Assembly (NCBI GenBank): GCA_965204665.1
Contig: OZ242002.1
Span: 1,433,995-1,497,994, forward strand
Direction: 5' to 3'
Source of the DNA: Thermodesulfobacteriota bacterium
Lineage (GTDB): Bacteria > Desulfobacterota_D > UBA1144 > Nemesobacterales > Nemesobacteraceae
Length of the DNA stretch: 64,000 nt
The translations under genes and the position numbers were made by a program. The notes under the pieces are model-generated. The model had not been told where the DNA came from, did no database searches, and saw only the letters and a list, made by a program, of their open reading frames with translations. How positions within the stretch are numbered: the first letter of the stretch is position 1; the number at the start of each line of letters is the position of its first letter. Below, piece by piece: positions 29,366 through 39,583 of the stretch.

Positions 29366-29980
29366 TTATCCTATCAGATATAGAAGAGGAAACAGATATA
29401 TCCAGATCAGGTCGACCAGATGCCAGTAAAGCCCCCCGACCTCAACAGCTGAATATCTTCCCCTTATGAATGTTCCTCGTGAAGCCATTATTATCAGGGC
29501 CAGGATTATACCCATCCCGATAAAGACATGAAGCATGTGAAGTCCCGTCATCAGGAAGTAGAGAGCGAAGAATATGTTTGTATCCGGGTAGATATCGTGA
29601 TGGAACTTGGCGCCGTACTCGAAGTATTTATTTACTCCGAAAACCGCCGCGCAGAGAAAAGTGACCGCAAGCATTATTATCAGCAGTTTCGTGTTTTTTT
29701 TCTGTGATGCCGATACCGCGAGAGCCATCGTGAAACTGCTGAATATAAGTACTACGGTGTTTATCGCTCCCATGGTCGTATCCAGTTTCAGATGCGATTC
29801 ATGGAAGAGGTCCGGGAACTTCGCCCTGAACAGGGTGTATGCCGCAAACAGACCTCCGAACAACAGAATCTCCGTTCCAAGGAAAAGCCACATTCCCAAC
29901 TTGGCTGAAATATGTGATACGGCGTCTCCGAGTCCGTGTCCGTGCGCGTGGCCTTCAGCATGTTGTGCAGTACTGCTCAT
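29366..29980 (-). CDS. ctaE: Cytochrome c oxidase subunit III
   Basis: 204 aa polytopic protein with the CoxIII-like C-terminal HLVDLIWIYLFPLLY. Confidence 0.9.
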   Translation of the reverse strand: MSSTAQHAEGHAHGHGLGDAVSHISAKLGMWLFLGTEILLFGGLFAAYTLFRAKFPDLFHESHLKLDTTMGAINTVVLIFSSFTMALAVSASQKKNTKLLIIMLAVTFLCAAVFGVNKYFEYGAKFHHDIYPDTNIFFALYFLMTGLHMLHVFIGMGIILALIIMASRGTFIRGRYSAVEVGGLYWHLVDLIWIYLFPLLYLIG

Positions 29981-30000
29981 TTTTCGTATTAGCCTCCGAT

Positions 30001-31608
30001 CTATTTTTTCCCGTAAGAATAGGTCCAGTCGGTTACAGTCGGTATTTCATCAAAATTTTCGTGGGGCGGCGGAGAAGGAACCTGCCATTCAAGAGAGAGA
30101 GAACCGTATGGATTGGACGGTAGCGGACCCTCCGCTTTTTTCAGCAGCGGTAGAATCAGGTTCACGGTCATTATGATAACTCCGAGTCCCAGTATCCATG
30201 ACCCGTATGTCGAGAGCGAGTGATAGGATGTGTATTCAACGGGGTAGGTGGCGTACCTTCTCGGCATTCCCTGAAAGCCCATGAAGAACTGAGGGAAAAA
30301 CGTCACGTTGAACCCCGCAAACACCAGGAACCATGAGACTTTCGCCGTAAATTCATTGAACGCTCTTCCGAACCATTTCTGATACCAGAAATGAAGGGCG
30401 CCGAAAAATCCCATTACCGTACCTCCTATCATTACGTAGTGCATGTGAGCTACCACGAAATAGGTGTCATGCAGATGGACGTCAACTGCAAGCGCACCCA
30501 GATAGACCCCGGTAAGACCTCCCACGGTGAAAAGCACTATGAACGACAACGCGTAGAGCATTGATGAGTGGAAGTCTATGGATCCCTTGTACAGCGTCGC
30601 CGTCCAGTTAAACACCTTTATGGCTGTCGGAATGGCCACAAGCATTGTGAGGAATGAGAAAATACCGGCCGCTGTTTCCGATATTCCGCTTACGAACATG
30701 TGGTGCAGCCAGACGAAGAAACTTATTATGGCTATCGCGAAACTCGAGTAGGCGATGGCTTTGTATCCGAAAATGGGTTTTCTCGCAAAAACGGGGATTA
30801 TCTCCGATATGATTCCGAAAGCCGGTATGATCATTATGTACACCGCAGGATGAGAGTAGAACCAGAAGAAGTTCTGAAACAGTATGGGGTCGCCTCCCTT
30901 CGCGGGATCGAAAAAACCTATGTCCAGCATCCGCTCGGCTATAAGCAGAAGCAGAGTGATTCCTACAACGGGGGTCGCCAGCAGCTGAAGTATCGCGGTC
31001 GCGTAGGACGCCCAGATAAAAAGAGGCAACCTGCCCCAGGTCATTCCCGGAGCTCTCAATTTGTGTATGGTCACTATAAAATTCATTCCCGTCAGTATCG
31101 ACGAGAATCCGAGAACGAAAACCCCCAGAGTTATCATGATCACTTTCGTTCCGGACTGTATGCTGTACGGAGTATAGAATGTCCATCCGGTGTCGGCAGG
31201 CTGGAGAAGCGCGGAAAGCAGGACCGCCGTTCCGACGAGATATATCCAGAAACTGAGCAGATTGATTCTCGGAAACGCCACGTCCCTCGCCCCGATCATG
31301 AGAGGTATGAGGAAATTGCCGAAACTCGCCGCGATTCCGGGAACTATAAAGAAGAAAACCATCAGAGAGCCGTGCAGAGTGAAAGCCACGTTGTATTCAG
31401 TCGGGTTTCTGAAGAAATCAAGTTCCGGAGTCATAAGCTCGTATCTCATTCCCAAGGCGGTCAGTCCCGCGATAAGGAAGAAGAACGATATGGATATCAG
31501 ATATAGAATCCCAATCCTTTTGTGGTCTGTCGACAGTATCCACGACTTCCAACCCTGTTGAGCCAGAAACGGTATATGCTGATTATGCGTCATGACTCCG
31601 TTTGCCAT
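30001..31608 (-). CDS. ctaD: Cytochrome c oxidase subunit I
   Basis: 535 aa. Heme/CuB ligands WFFGHPEVY-like FWFYSHPAVY and HHMF region. Confidence 0.95.
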   Translation of the reverse strand: MANGVMTHNQHIPFLAQQGWKSWILSTDHKRIGILYLISISFFFLIAGLTALGMRYELMTPELDFFRNPTEYNVAFTLHGSLMVFFFIVPGIAASFGNFLIPLMIGARDVAFPRINLLSFWIYLVGTAVLLSALLQPADTGWTFYTPYSIQSGTKVIMITLGVFVLGFSSILTGMNFIVTIHKLRAPGMTWGRLPLFIWASYATAILQLLATPVVGITLLLLIAERMLDIGFFDPAKGGDPILFQNFFWFYSHPAVYIMIIPAFGIISEIIPVFARKPIFGYKAIAYSSFAIAIISFFVWLHHMFVSGISETAAGIFSFLTMLVAIPTAIKVFNWTATLYKGSIDFHSSMLYALSFIVLFTVGGLTGVYLGALAVDVHLHDTYFVVAHMHYVMIGGTVMGFFGALHFWYQKWFGRAFNEFTAKVSWFLVFAGFNVTFFPQFFMGFQGMPRRYATYPVEYTSYHSLSTYGSWILGLGVIIMTVNLILPLLKKAEGPLPSNPYGSLSLEWQVPSPPPHENFDEIPTVTDWTYSYGKK

Positions 31609-31633
31609 TTTTTCCTCCTTGAGCGGATTTTTC

Positions 31634-32581
31634 CTATTTAAGGGTTTTTATGTATTCGATGATCGCCGTGACTTCTTTCTCTGTCAGTATTCCCTTGAAC
31701 GAAGGCATGGTGGGTTGATAACCCTTGACCATTTTCGCCTGCGGTTCATAGATCGATTCCATCAGATAATTTTCATCAACAAGCACTGTGGAACCGTCCG
31801 CGAGCGTTTCAGTTTTTCCGTAAAGATTCTTGAAAGTCGGTCCGATGATTTCCTTGCCGTCTATACTGTGGCATGCGAGACAACCTCTCCCGGAGTAAAG
31901 TTCCTTTCCTAGTTCCGCGGGAGCTACGGTCGAGGCCACAGCCGTCCCCCTGTCCGCAAGTTCATCACCTTTTTCCCATCTTGCAAACGCTTCGGGGCTC
32001 ATGACGGTCACCTTCGCAAGCATCTGGGAGTGTCCCGAACCGCAGTATTCCGCGCACAGAAGATCAAAAGTGCCCACCTTGGTCGGCGTAAACCACAGTT
32101 GCGTGTAGTTGCCCGGCAGAATGTCCTGTTTTACCCGGAACTGAGGCACGAAAAAACTGTGCAGTACATCGTCCGACCTCATTATCAGCCGCACAGGCTT
32201 GTTCTGCTGAACAAAAAGTTCGTTTAGAGATTTCCTGCCGTCAAGATACGAAAACTCCCATATCCACTGTTTTGCCGTCAAGTTCACATCAACCGCTTCT
32301 GCGGGGGGATTCCTGAGTTCCTTAAAAACTATCCATCCCCACGCGAAGATAATCATCAGCAGTATGGTTGGAATTATCGTCCAGATGGTTTCAAAAACCA
32401 AGTTATGTGTTATGTACGAGGTCTGCTGGTCTTCGCTTTTTCTCCTGTACTTTATTGAGAAGACCACGAGTACAACCGAGATCAGAACGAAGAAAAATAC
32501 CGATACGGCCGTTACGAACAGGGTTATGTTGTCAACGCTCGCGGCGAGATTAGATGCAGATTCCGGTATCCAAGTGGACAT
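31634..32581 (-). CDS. ctaC: Cytochrome c oxidase subunit II with C-terminal cytochrome c domain (caa3-type)
   Basis: CuA motif CAEYCGSGHSQM and heme c site GCLACHS. Confidence 0.9.
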   Translation of the reverse strand: MSTWIPESASNLAASVDNITLFVTAVSVFFFVLISVVLVVFSIKYRRKSEDQQTSYITHNLVFETIWTIIPTILLMIIFAWGWIVFKELRNPPAEAVDVNLTAKQWIWEFSYLDGRKSLNELFVQQNKPVRLIMRSDDVLHSFFVPQFRVKQDILPGNYTQLWFTPTKVGTFDLLCAEYCGSGHSQMLAKVTVMSPEAFARWEKGDELADRGTAVASTVAPAELGKELYSGRGCLACHSIDGKEIIGPTFKNLYGKTETLADGSTVLVDENYLMESIYEPQAKMVKGYQPTMPSFKGILTEKEVTAIIEYIKTLK

Positions 32582-32607
32582 TTATGTTTTACAACCTCCA
32601 GAGATGA

Positions 32608-33459
32608 TTAAAAAAGTTTTTTCTCTTTTTTCCACATGAAATAAAGAAACGCGGCGAGAACCGTAAGAGTTATCATGCCTCCCGCCTTTACGACGTTGAG
32701 CGCCGCAAGAGCGTATCTTTTTCCTATCGGGTCGAATTGATAACAGAACATAATCACTTTATTAAGAAGTTCCGAAGATCCTATCTTTCCCGCCGAAGCT
32801 TCTATGAGAGACAACTTGAAATTACGCGGGTCGTGTTCAATGCCGTAGAGGTAGCGGGAAATCTTCCCTTCGGGCGTCAGCACCACAATTCCCGACGGAT
32901 GAGCGAACTCATCTCCATCCTCCCGGAAGCGAAAACCTACGGAGTCGGTGAGTTTCAGTATGTTTTCCCGCGTTGCGGTGAAAAACCGCCAGCCACCTGC
33001 CTCTTCAGCGCCTCCGGCAAGCGCGTTTGCGTACTGGTCCGCTTTGGCCCCTATTGCGCTGACTGATTCTTCAGGGTCGAAACTTACGGTCAGGATCGTG
33101 TAGTCCTTTCCGGGCCTGAAAGAATCAAGTCTGTTTACGGCCTCAAGCACCCCGTCGGTTCCCAGAAGACAGATTGTCGGGCACGTAAAATATGCGAGGT
33201 TCAGAACCACCGGTTTCTTCTGTCCGAAAAACGAAGACATGCTCACCTGCCGTCCGTCTGTCCGCAGCAACTGTACACCTGAGTCGATCGGTAGGCCCAG
33301 TTTTTCCTCAAACCCTATGTCCTCTAAATCATTTACGTTTGATATGGCGCGACTTTTAAGAAGCGGGACGACGGATAAAGCCGCAGTTAAGGAAATCATG
33401 ACGATGAGAAAAACAAAGAACCTCCGCATAATTAAGGAGTTTATTTTCAAATATATCAA
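32608..33459 (-). CDS. SCO1/SenC-family copper chaperone
   Basis: Thioredoxin-like CPTIC (CxxxC) motif, N-terminal TM helix. Upstream of the cta cluster. Confidence 0.8.
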   Translation of the reverse strand: MIYLKINSLIMRRFFVFLIVMISLTAALSVVPLLKSRAISNVNDLEDIGFEEKLGLPIDSGVQLLRTDGRQVSMSSFFGQKKPVVLNLAYFTCPTICLLGTDGVLEAVNRLDSFRPGKDYTILTVSFDPEESVSAIGAKADQYANALAGGAEEAGGWRFFTATRENILKLTDSVGFRFREDGDEFAHPSGIVVLTPEGKISRYLYGIEHDPRNFKLSLIEASAGKIGSSELLNKVIMFCYQFDPIGKRYALAALNVVKAGGMITLTVLAAFLYFMWKKEKKLF

Positions 33460-33557
33460 AGATATTTTGGGAAAAAATCCTGTCTGGTGTTTCTGTTCCC
33501 CGAGTCGTTCTAGATTCTATACTATGTCAGTTTTCTGTCAAGAATCTTCCTGATGAT

Positions 33558-34640
33558 TCACTTCTTTCTCAGGCACATCACGATTCCGATTCCGATAAAC
33601 GCGGTCAGCACGGACGACCCCCCGTAACTTATCAGAAAAAGAGGAGTGCCTATGGTGGGCAGAAGTCCTGTTATCATGGCTATATTCACCACTCCGTGCC
33701 AGAAGAACATCGCAGCTATTCCGAAGCATGTGATCATCGGGAAGTTCTCCTCACAGGACATCGATGTAGTGAGAATGAGAAGGATAATCGAGAAATACAG
33801 AAGGAGAACGAACACCGAACCCCGGAACCCCCATTCCTCGGCAATTACCGAGAAGGCGAAGTCCGTGTGGTTTGCGGGCAGAAAACTCAGACTGGATTGC
33901 GACCCCAGGGAGAATCCTTTTCCGTAACCCATACCGGAACCTATGGCGATCCGCGACTGAATCAGGTTGTAACTTATCCCCTGCGGATCCGAATGAATTC
34001 CCAGAAAGGAATATATCCGCTGTTTCTGATATTCCTTTATTCCTAGATTCCATACTGGTATGGCTGATATGAGAACGATTATTACTATTTTCGCCAGCGC
34101 CGCTCTGCTGACGCCGAGAAGAAGAATCATACTTGTTCCTATGAGACAGATGATCAGTGCGGTTCCCGCGTCCGGCTGCATAAGCACAACGCCGACCGGA
34201 AGAAGTAGAAGTAAAAGGGGTTTTACTATATTTTTTAGACCGTAACCGCCCGGTGGAACCAGATGATCGTCGTAGTGGTTTGCAATTGCCGCTATTATAG
34301 CGATTTTCATGAATTCGGATGGTTGTACGGATATGGGTCCCAGTTGAAACCAACTCTGAGAACCGGCCACTGTTTTTCCGAAAACAAGGGTCAGCGTCAG
34401 AAAGATGAAAGAACCTATGTAGAAGATCGTGGACAGTCTTTTTATATTGGCGGGTTTAATAAAACTTATGATCGTCGCCACGACGATTCCGATAATCATC
34501 CAGATCATCTGCTTTTTGAATATGCCGAGTTCCGCATCCAGTGATATACTGTACATATTGAGCAGTCCCATAGCGCAGAGCAGACCCAGGAGAATCAGCA
34601 TCCAATTTGATCTTTTCAGGTTCGACAGTTCAAATTTCAT
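33558..34640 (-). CDS. rodA: Peptidoglycan glycosyltransferase RodA (SEDS family)
   Basis: 360 aa. FtsW/RodA/SpoVE polytopic architecture. Downstream of mrdA with overlap. Confidence 0.9.
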   Translation of the reverse strand: MKFELSNLKRSNWMLILLGLLCAMGLLNMYSISLDAELGIFKKQMIWMIIGIVVATIISFIKPANIKRLSTIFYIGSFIFLTLTLVFGKTVAGSQSWFQLGPISVQPSEFMKIAIIAAIANHYDDHLVPPGGYGLKNIVKPLLLLLLPVGVVLMQPDAGTALIICLIGTSMILLLGVSRAALAKIVIIVLISAIPVWNLGIKEYQKQRIYSFLGIHSDPQGISYNLIQSRIAIGSGMGYGKGFSLGSQSSLSFLPANHTDFAFSVIAEEWGFRGSVFVLLLYFSIILLILTTSMSCEENFPMITCFGIAAMFFWHGVVNIAMITGLLPTIGTPLFLISYGGSSVLTAFIGIGIVMCLRKK

Positions 34641-36411
34641 TACGGCTTTCCTTCAACTCGAAGTAGGCTTCAAAGATTTTTTTCGCCATCGGCGCTGCAA
34701 CCAATCCCCCGCTGCCGCCGTTTTCAACCACGATGGTAACGGAAATTTCAGGGGAATCCGAAGGCGCATACGACGTGAACAGCGCGTGGTCCATAAAGCG
34801 TTTTTCCTTTGATTTGACACTGGAGGACACCACCTGCGCCGTTCCGGTTTTGCCGGAAACGGAAACTTCGGCTGAACCGGCCAGAACCCCCGTCCCCCTG
34901 TCTCCGTTCACCGCTTTGTGTAGGGAATCTCTCAGAAAAGAAAGGGATTCCTCATCAAGACCTTCGACCGGTCTTGTTGTCGATTCCGTCTGAAGTTCTT
35001 TCCTCAAGACGGGTTTTACAAGTTTACCTCCGTTCGCCACCGCCGCCGTCATAACGCTTATCTGAATAGGGGTTGCGGTTATGTATCCCTGACCTATGGA
35101 CATGATCAGCGTTTCACCCGGATACCAAGGTTCTTTGAGATTTTTTCTCTTCCAGTAGGGTGACGGATTGATTCCCGTTTTTTCCGGCAGGATTATGCCG
35201 GTTTTTTTCCCGAACCCGAATTTTTCAATGTATTCATGAAGTTTTCCGGCTCCGAGTTGAAGAGAACGTTTATAAAAGTAGACGTCGCAGGATTCGGCAA
35301 TGGCCTTTTTCAGGTCCGAGGGTCCATGTCCTTCTTTGCGCCAGCAGTTGAACCTTTTCTGGTTAAGTACGAAATAGCCGGGACATTGTACTGTATCCGC
35401 CGGATCAGCTGTTTTTTCCTTAAGCAGAGCGAATGCGGTGACTATTTTCATGATTGACCCCGGAGGGTAGGTGCCCTGCGTTGCGCGGTTAAGGAAAGGA
35501 GAGGACTTTTCCTGTTCAAATTTTTTCCACATGTCCTGCGGAATACGGCCTGATACTTCTTCCAGGGAATAGTTAGGATGACTTACCATGGCCAGGATTT
35601 CCCCGTTTCTTACGTCCATTACTATTATCGATCCGCTTTCCTCTCCGAGAGTTTCTTCGGCGACTTTTTGGACATCCAAATCAATGGTGAGATGGATGTC
35701 CTTACCGGGAATCATCTCCCTTGCCTGTTTTCTCGCAACGGTAGAAAAAAAGGAGTCGGAGACTATTTTTCCATGTGCGTCCACAGTTACGCTTTTCAGC
35801 CCCCTGACGCCTCGGATCTCATCGTCGAAGACTTTTTCCACTCCTGTTTTGCCCAACAGGGTTTGCGGGTCGACCATTTTGTCAGATTTCATCTCATCTT
35901 CAGTGGCAAATCCCGAGTAGCCTAGAAGCGGAGCGGCCAAATCTCCGCCGGGGTAGTGCCTTTTATATCCGAGTTCCAGAATCAGACCACTAAGTTCTGA
36001 TTTATTTCTTTCAAACCGAAGAAGTTCTTCCCAACTTATGTCAGATGTTACGAGAACCGGATAAAAGCTTCTTCCGGCAGCAGATTTCGTGAGTTTTTCC
36101 GTAAGTTTCTCCTGTTCGACGTTTACTATCCTGGAAAGTTTTTCCGAGAGTTCACGGGGGTTGTTTATTTCATTCGGAGCTGCGTAGATGTTGAACAGCG
36201 GTTTGTTGTAGACGATTCTTTTCCCGTTTCTGTCCAGAATACGTCCCCTCGGAGCGGGAAGTCGGATTGTCCTGAGGATGTTGTCACGGGAGAAGTTTCT
36301 GTACTGTTCTCCCTTGTGTATCTGGAAGTAGTAGAACCTTGCGGAAAAAACGAGGAAGGCCAGCAGAGGCAGAAAACAGATTTTTAACAGCCTACCTTTT
36401 AATAAATGCAT
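34630..36411 (-). CDS. mrdA: Penicillin-binding protein 2 (peptidoglycan D,D-transpeptidase)
   Basis: Transpeptidase motifs SIMK (SxxK), SSN-like and KTGT. 593 aa. Confidence 0.9.
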   Translation of the reverse strand: MHLLKGRLLKICFLPLLAFLVFSARFYYFQIHKGEQYRNFSRDNILRTIRLPAPRGRILDRNGKRIVYNKPLFNIYAAPNEINNPRELSEKLSRIVNVEQEKLTEKLTKSAAGRSFYPVLVTSDISWEELLRFERNKSELSGLILELGYKRHYPGGDLAAPLLGYSGFATEDEMKSDKMVDPQTLLGKTGVEKVFDDEIRGVRGLKSVTVDAHGKIVSDSFFSTVARKQAREMIPGKDIHLTIDLDVQKVAEETLGEESGSIIVMDVRNGEILAMVSHPNYSLEEVSGRIPQDMWKKFEQEKSSPFLNRATQGTYPPGSIMKIVTAFALLKEKTADPADTVQCPGYFVLNQKRFNCWRKEGHGPSDLKKAIAESCDVYFYKRSLQLGAGKLHEYIEKFGFGKKTGIILPEKTGINPSPYWKRKNLKEPWYPGETLIMSIGQGYITATPIQISVMTAAVANGGKLVKPVLRKELQTESTTRPVEGLDEESLSFLRDSLHKAVNGDRGTGVLAGSAEVSVSGKTGTAQVVSSSVKSKEKRFMDHALFTSYAPSDSPEISVTIVVENGGSGGLVAAPMAKKIFEAYFELKESRNEI

Positions 36412-36886
36412 TTACTTTCCTCAGAAAGATTATTACCGGAATTCCAAATACCGTATTCACTGCAGTATGATGAATGAACAGTTCAATGTTGAGATATGGA
36501 TAGTCCGCCTGTCCTAATCGTTCCGCAAACACTTTGAACAGGATGTCCATAAGCAGGGTTCCCGAGGACAGCATAACGGACAGCGATAACAACCGGTTGT
36601 CGCTCCATCTGATGTTAAGTATGGCGATACGCGCGATAAAAAATACGGTTAGACTTACGAAAATGTAAATTCCAACGGTACTTGTCAAGGCACCCACAAG
36701 CAAGCCGTTTAGAGCGGCTGGTATGAAAAGGTATGGGCTGTCCTCAAACGCAAGGCAGATTACCAATATCAGATTCAGGTTCGGTGTGAACCTACCTAAA
36801 GAACTTTCGGGTACGACTGTGGTCTGAAGTACGGGAAAGGCGAAACAACAGAACAGGTAGAAGACAAACGACAGCGTATTCTTCAT
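36392..36886 (-). CDS. mreD: Rod shape-determining protein MreD
   Basis: 164 aa, 5-TM small membrane protein between mreC and mrdA. Confidence 0.7.
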   Translation of the reverse strand: MKNTLSFVFYLFCCFAFPVLQTTVVPESSLGRFTPNLNLILVICLAFEDSPYLFIPAALNGLLVGALTSTVGIYIFVSLTVFFIARIAILNIRWSDNRLLSLSVMLSSGTLLMDILFKVFAERLGQADYPYLNIELFIHHTAVNTVFGIPVIIFLRKVNAFIKR

Positions 36887-37740
36887 TGCCGGATGTTTAT
36901 ATCCGGGTGAGTCTTCGCCAGTTCCTTGCGGGTCGGCATAACAACAAGCACTTCTTCAATCTCTCCGATATCAATTTCAGGCTTTATTAGAGCTTTTTTC
37001 AATCCTCCATTGATCTTTTCAACCCTAGTAACTGTTCCTATGACCGCGCTTTTCGGGAAAACGGCATCTTTGCCGGAAGATATGATTTTATCTCCCGCTA
37101 CAATATCTCCTTCAGGATCAATATATTTCATTATATAGTTGTTTCCCGCACCGGTTACTATCCCCCGTAGGCGTGTTCTCTGCACAATCGCGTCCACCAC
37201 GCTGAAAGGGTTTGTCATAAGCATCACCATTGAGTTTTTTGCATTCACCGAATACACGGTTCCGATAACCTTTGAGTTGCTCATCACCGGAGCCCCTTTG
37301 CTTATTCCGTCAGATTCTCCCTTGTCTATTATGAGGAAACCGGGTTCCACAACAGACGGACTTCCACCAGTGACTTTCGCCATAGAAGTTTTTGCGGTGG
37401 TGGAATTTTTGTAGTCAAGAAGGGTTTTAAGTCTGTTGTTCTCAAGCCGCAACTCCTCAAGTAGAAAACTCTGTGATTCCATTTCCTGAAGCTGCTTTTT
37501 GAGCAGGGAATTCTCTATGCTGGTATCTGAAAGGTGAATGTAGTGATTCCAGTAATAACTTGTTTTATCCTTGATGTGATTTACAAAGGAACCTGAACTT
37601 CTGTTCATTCCCAGCATAAGCCTTGTGGCGTAACCATCTCCTTTGCCTGCTATATCAAAGACCAGCGGGAGCAAATTAACAAATACCACGGTCAGAACAA
37701 AGTAGAAGGAAAACTGGTTTTTACTGAAAAATCCCTTCAT
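36883..37740 (-). CDS. mreC: Rod shape-determining protein MreC
   Basis: N-terminal TM helix, coiled coil (LKKQLQEMESQSFLLEELRLENNRLK), C-terminal beta domains. Confidence 0.85.
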   Translation of the reverse strand: MKGFFSKNQFSFYFVLTVVFVNLLPLVFDIAGKGDGYATRLMLGMNRSSGSFVNHIKDKTSYYWNHYIHLSDTSIENSLLKKQLQEMESQSFLLEELRLENNRLKTLLDYKNSTTAKTSMAKVTGGSPSVVEPGFLIIDKGESDGISKGAPVMSNSKVIGTVYSVNAKNSMVMLMTNPFSVVDAIVQRTRLRGIVTGAGNNYIMKYIDPEGDIVAGDKIISSGKDAVFPKSAVIGTVTRVEKINGGLKKALIKPEIDIGEIEEVLVVMPTRKELAKTHPDINIRQ

Positions 37741-38415
37741 GTCATATCGATTTACATCATTATCTCAACAAAACTCCAATTCTTGACGCAAGAGCGGAAT
37801 GAACTCAGGACTCGCGGACAAGGTGCGAACAAAGATTTTTTGTGACGAAATTTACAGTCTTCCACATGAACTATCTCCGTGGCAGCTCCCGCGGATACAG
37901 CCTCTGCAGTATTGAAACAGAACTGACATCGCTTGCGGTTTTTCATGGCGGCCGAGCACGCGTTTTCTCTCAGAAGGCGAAGATGTTCATAGTTTCATGA
38001 AAATTTTCGGGAGTGTACATTTATATTTTCCGAACCCGTTGCAACAACTATCTTCTGCATTAACTTGCCGATATCCCGATGCTCCGTTTAGATATTTCCT
38101 TGCTGCTACATATATCTAGATACAGTTTTTACGCAACTTTGTCAATACAATATATTGTTGATAGTCCGGAATTCGGTCGCGGAGAACGAGATCATGGCGC
38201 GCAGAGTATAAATCAAGGTCGAACGGCGGGAATCTGATTGCGCCTGCGAGTGAGACGACAGTGTATTACTTAACAGTTTAACCCCGGGCGAGTCTGGACT
38301 TTTCCTGACGGTCGAAAACTGTGTTGTACGGAGCAGCGGAGGATGTGCATGCAGATCTCTGTAATATAAGGGTTGTTTCTATTTAACCGGGTCCTGAATT
38401 GAGGATACAGGATTC

Positions 38416-39456
38416 TTATGTTGCGACGGATCTGAGAAGGTCTAAATCTTCTAAAGCTTTTCCGGACCCCATTACCACGCAGTCAAGCGGGTTTTCCGGC
38501 CTTTTTGTTTTGATACCGGTTCTTTTCTCTATGCTTAAATTCAATCCCCGCAAGAGAGAACCGCCACCTGCCATCATTATTCCAGTCTCGAACACGTCAG
38601 CTGCAAGTTCCGGAGGAGTTTTCTCAAGCGTCTGCATTATAGCGTCAACTATCTGATTCGTGGGGATCTGCAGGGCTTCAGGGATTTCGTCTGTATCAAT
38701 CGTGCAGACTGTTGGAACTCCGGAAATACTATCTCTACCGGTTACTTTCAACTGTACCTTTTTGTTTGCTATGTCAGGTTGAGTCGAGAACCTTTTTTTC
38801 AATTCCTCCGCGGTTCTGTATCCGATCACAAGCCCGTACTTCTTTTTCACCCATTGATGTATGGCTTCGTCCATCTTATCTCCGCCGACTTTTATGGATT
38901 CACTTACGACTATTCCGGACAGAGCGATAATCGCTATTCCGGTTGTGCCGCCTCCTATGTCAACTATCATTTTTCCAGCAGGTTCATTTACGTTCAGCCC
39001 GCATCCTATGGCGGCGCACATTGTCTCTTCGATGATGTATACTTTTCTCGCCCCCGCCGCTTCTGCGGATTCCTTCACAGTCCTTTTTTCCACTTCGCTG
39101 ATCTGCAGAGGAACCGACACTATTATTCTTGGCCGCAGGAGTTCTATTTTATTGCTGTTGCACTTCTTTATGAAGTGTTCGATCATTTTCTGAGCGGCGT
39201 AAAAATCGGCGATGACTCCATCCCGAAGAGGTCGTATAGCCTTTATTGCACCCGGGGTTCTTCCCAGCATATTTCTTGCTTCTGTACCTACAGCAATAAG
39301 TTTGGGTTTGTGTCCTGGAATTTCCTGCAGAGCGACCACGGAGGGTTCGTTTAAGACTATTCCCTTTCCCCTTGAGTACACAAGCGTGTTTGCGGTTCCA
39401 AGGTCAATTGCCAGGTCGTTTGAAAAAGACCTTATGATGCTTTCAAAAAAATCCAT
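38416..39456 (-). CDS. mreB: Rod shape-determining protein MreB (actin homolog)
   Basis: DLGTANTLVY phosphate-1 motif, DIGGGTT phosphate-2. Start set at MDFFESIIRSF. Confidence 0.95.
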   Translation of the reverse strand: MDFFESIIRSFSNDLAIDLGTANTLVYSRGKGIVLNEPSVVALQEIPGHKPKLIAVGTEARNMLGRTPGAIKAIRPLRDGVIADFYAAQKMIEHFIKKCNSNKIELLRPRIIVSVPLQISEVEKRTVKESAEAAGARKVYIIEETMCAAIGCGLNVNEPAGKMIVDIGGGTTGIAIIALSGIVVSESIKVGGDKMDEAIHQWVKKKYGLVIGYRTAEELKKRFSTQPDIANKKVQLKVTGRDSISGVPTVCTIDTDEIPEALQIPTNQIVDAIMQTLEKTPPELAADVFETGIMMAGGGSLLRGLNLSIEKRTGIKTKRPENPLDCVVMGSGKALEDLDLLRSVAT

Positions 39457-39583
39457 CTTCTTAGATACCTCAACTTTTCTTCTGAAATGAGTTGTATTCG
39501 GCAACGACACCGAAACCATGCTGAAAACTTAAAAGATAGGAATTCAAAACCGTCAATTATGATAATTCTAGCATGATTTCCAA

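Noticed and set aside
30608-31506. Two overlapping ORFs (192 aa minus strand, 268 aa plus strand) inside ctaD
   Set aside because: Both lie within cytochrome oxidase subunit I in other frames. Arg/His-rich nonsense translations.
38779-39354. 191-aa plus-strand ORF
   Set aside because: Antisense to mreB.
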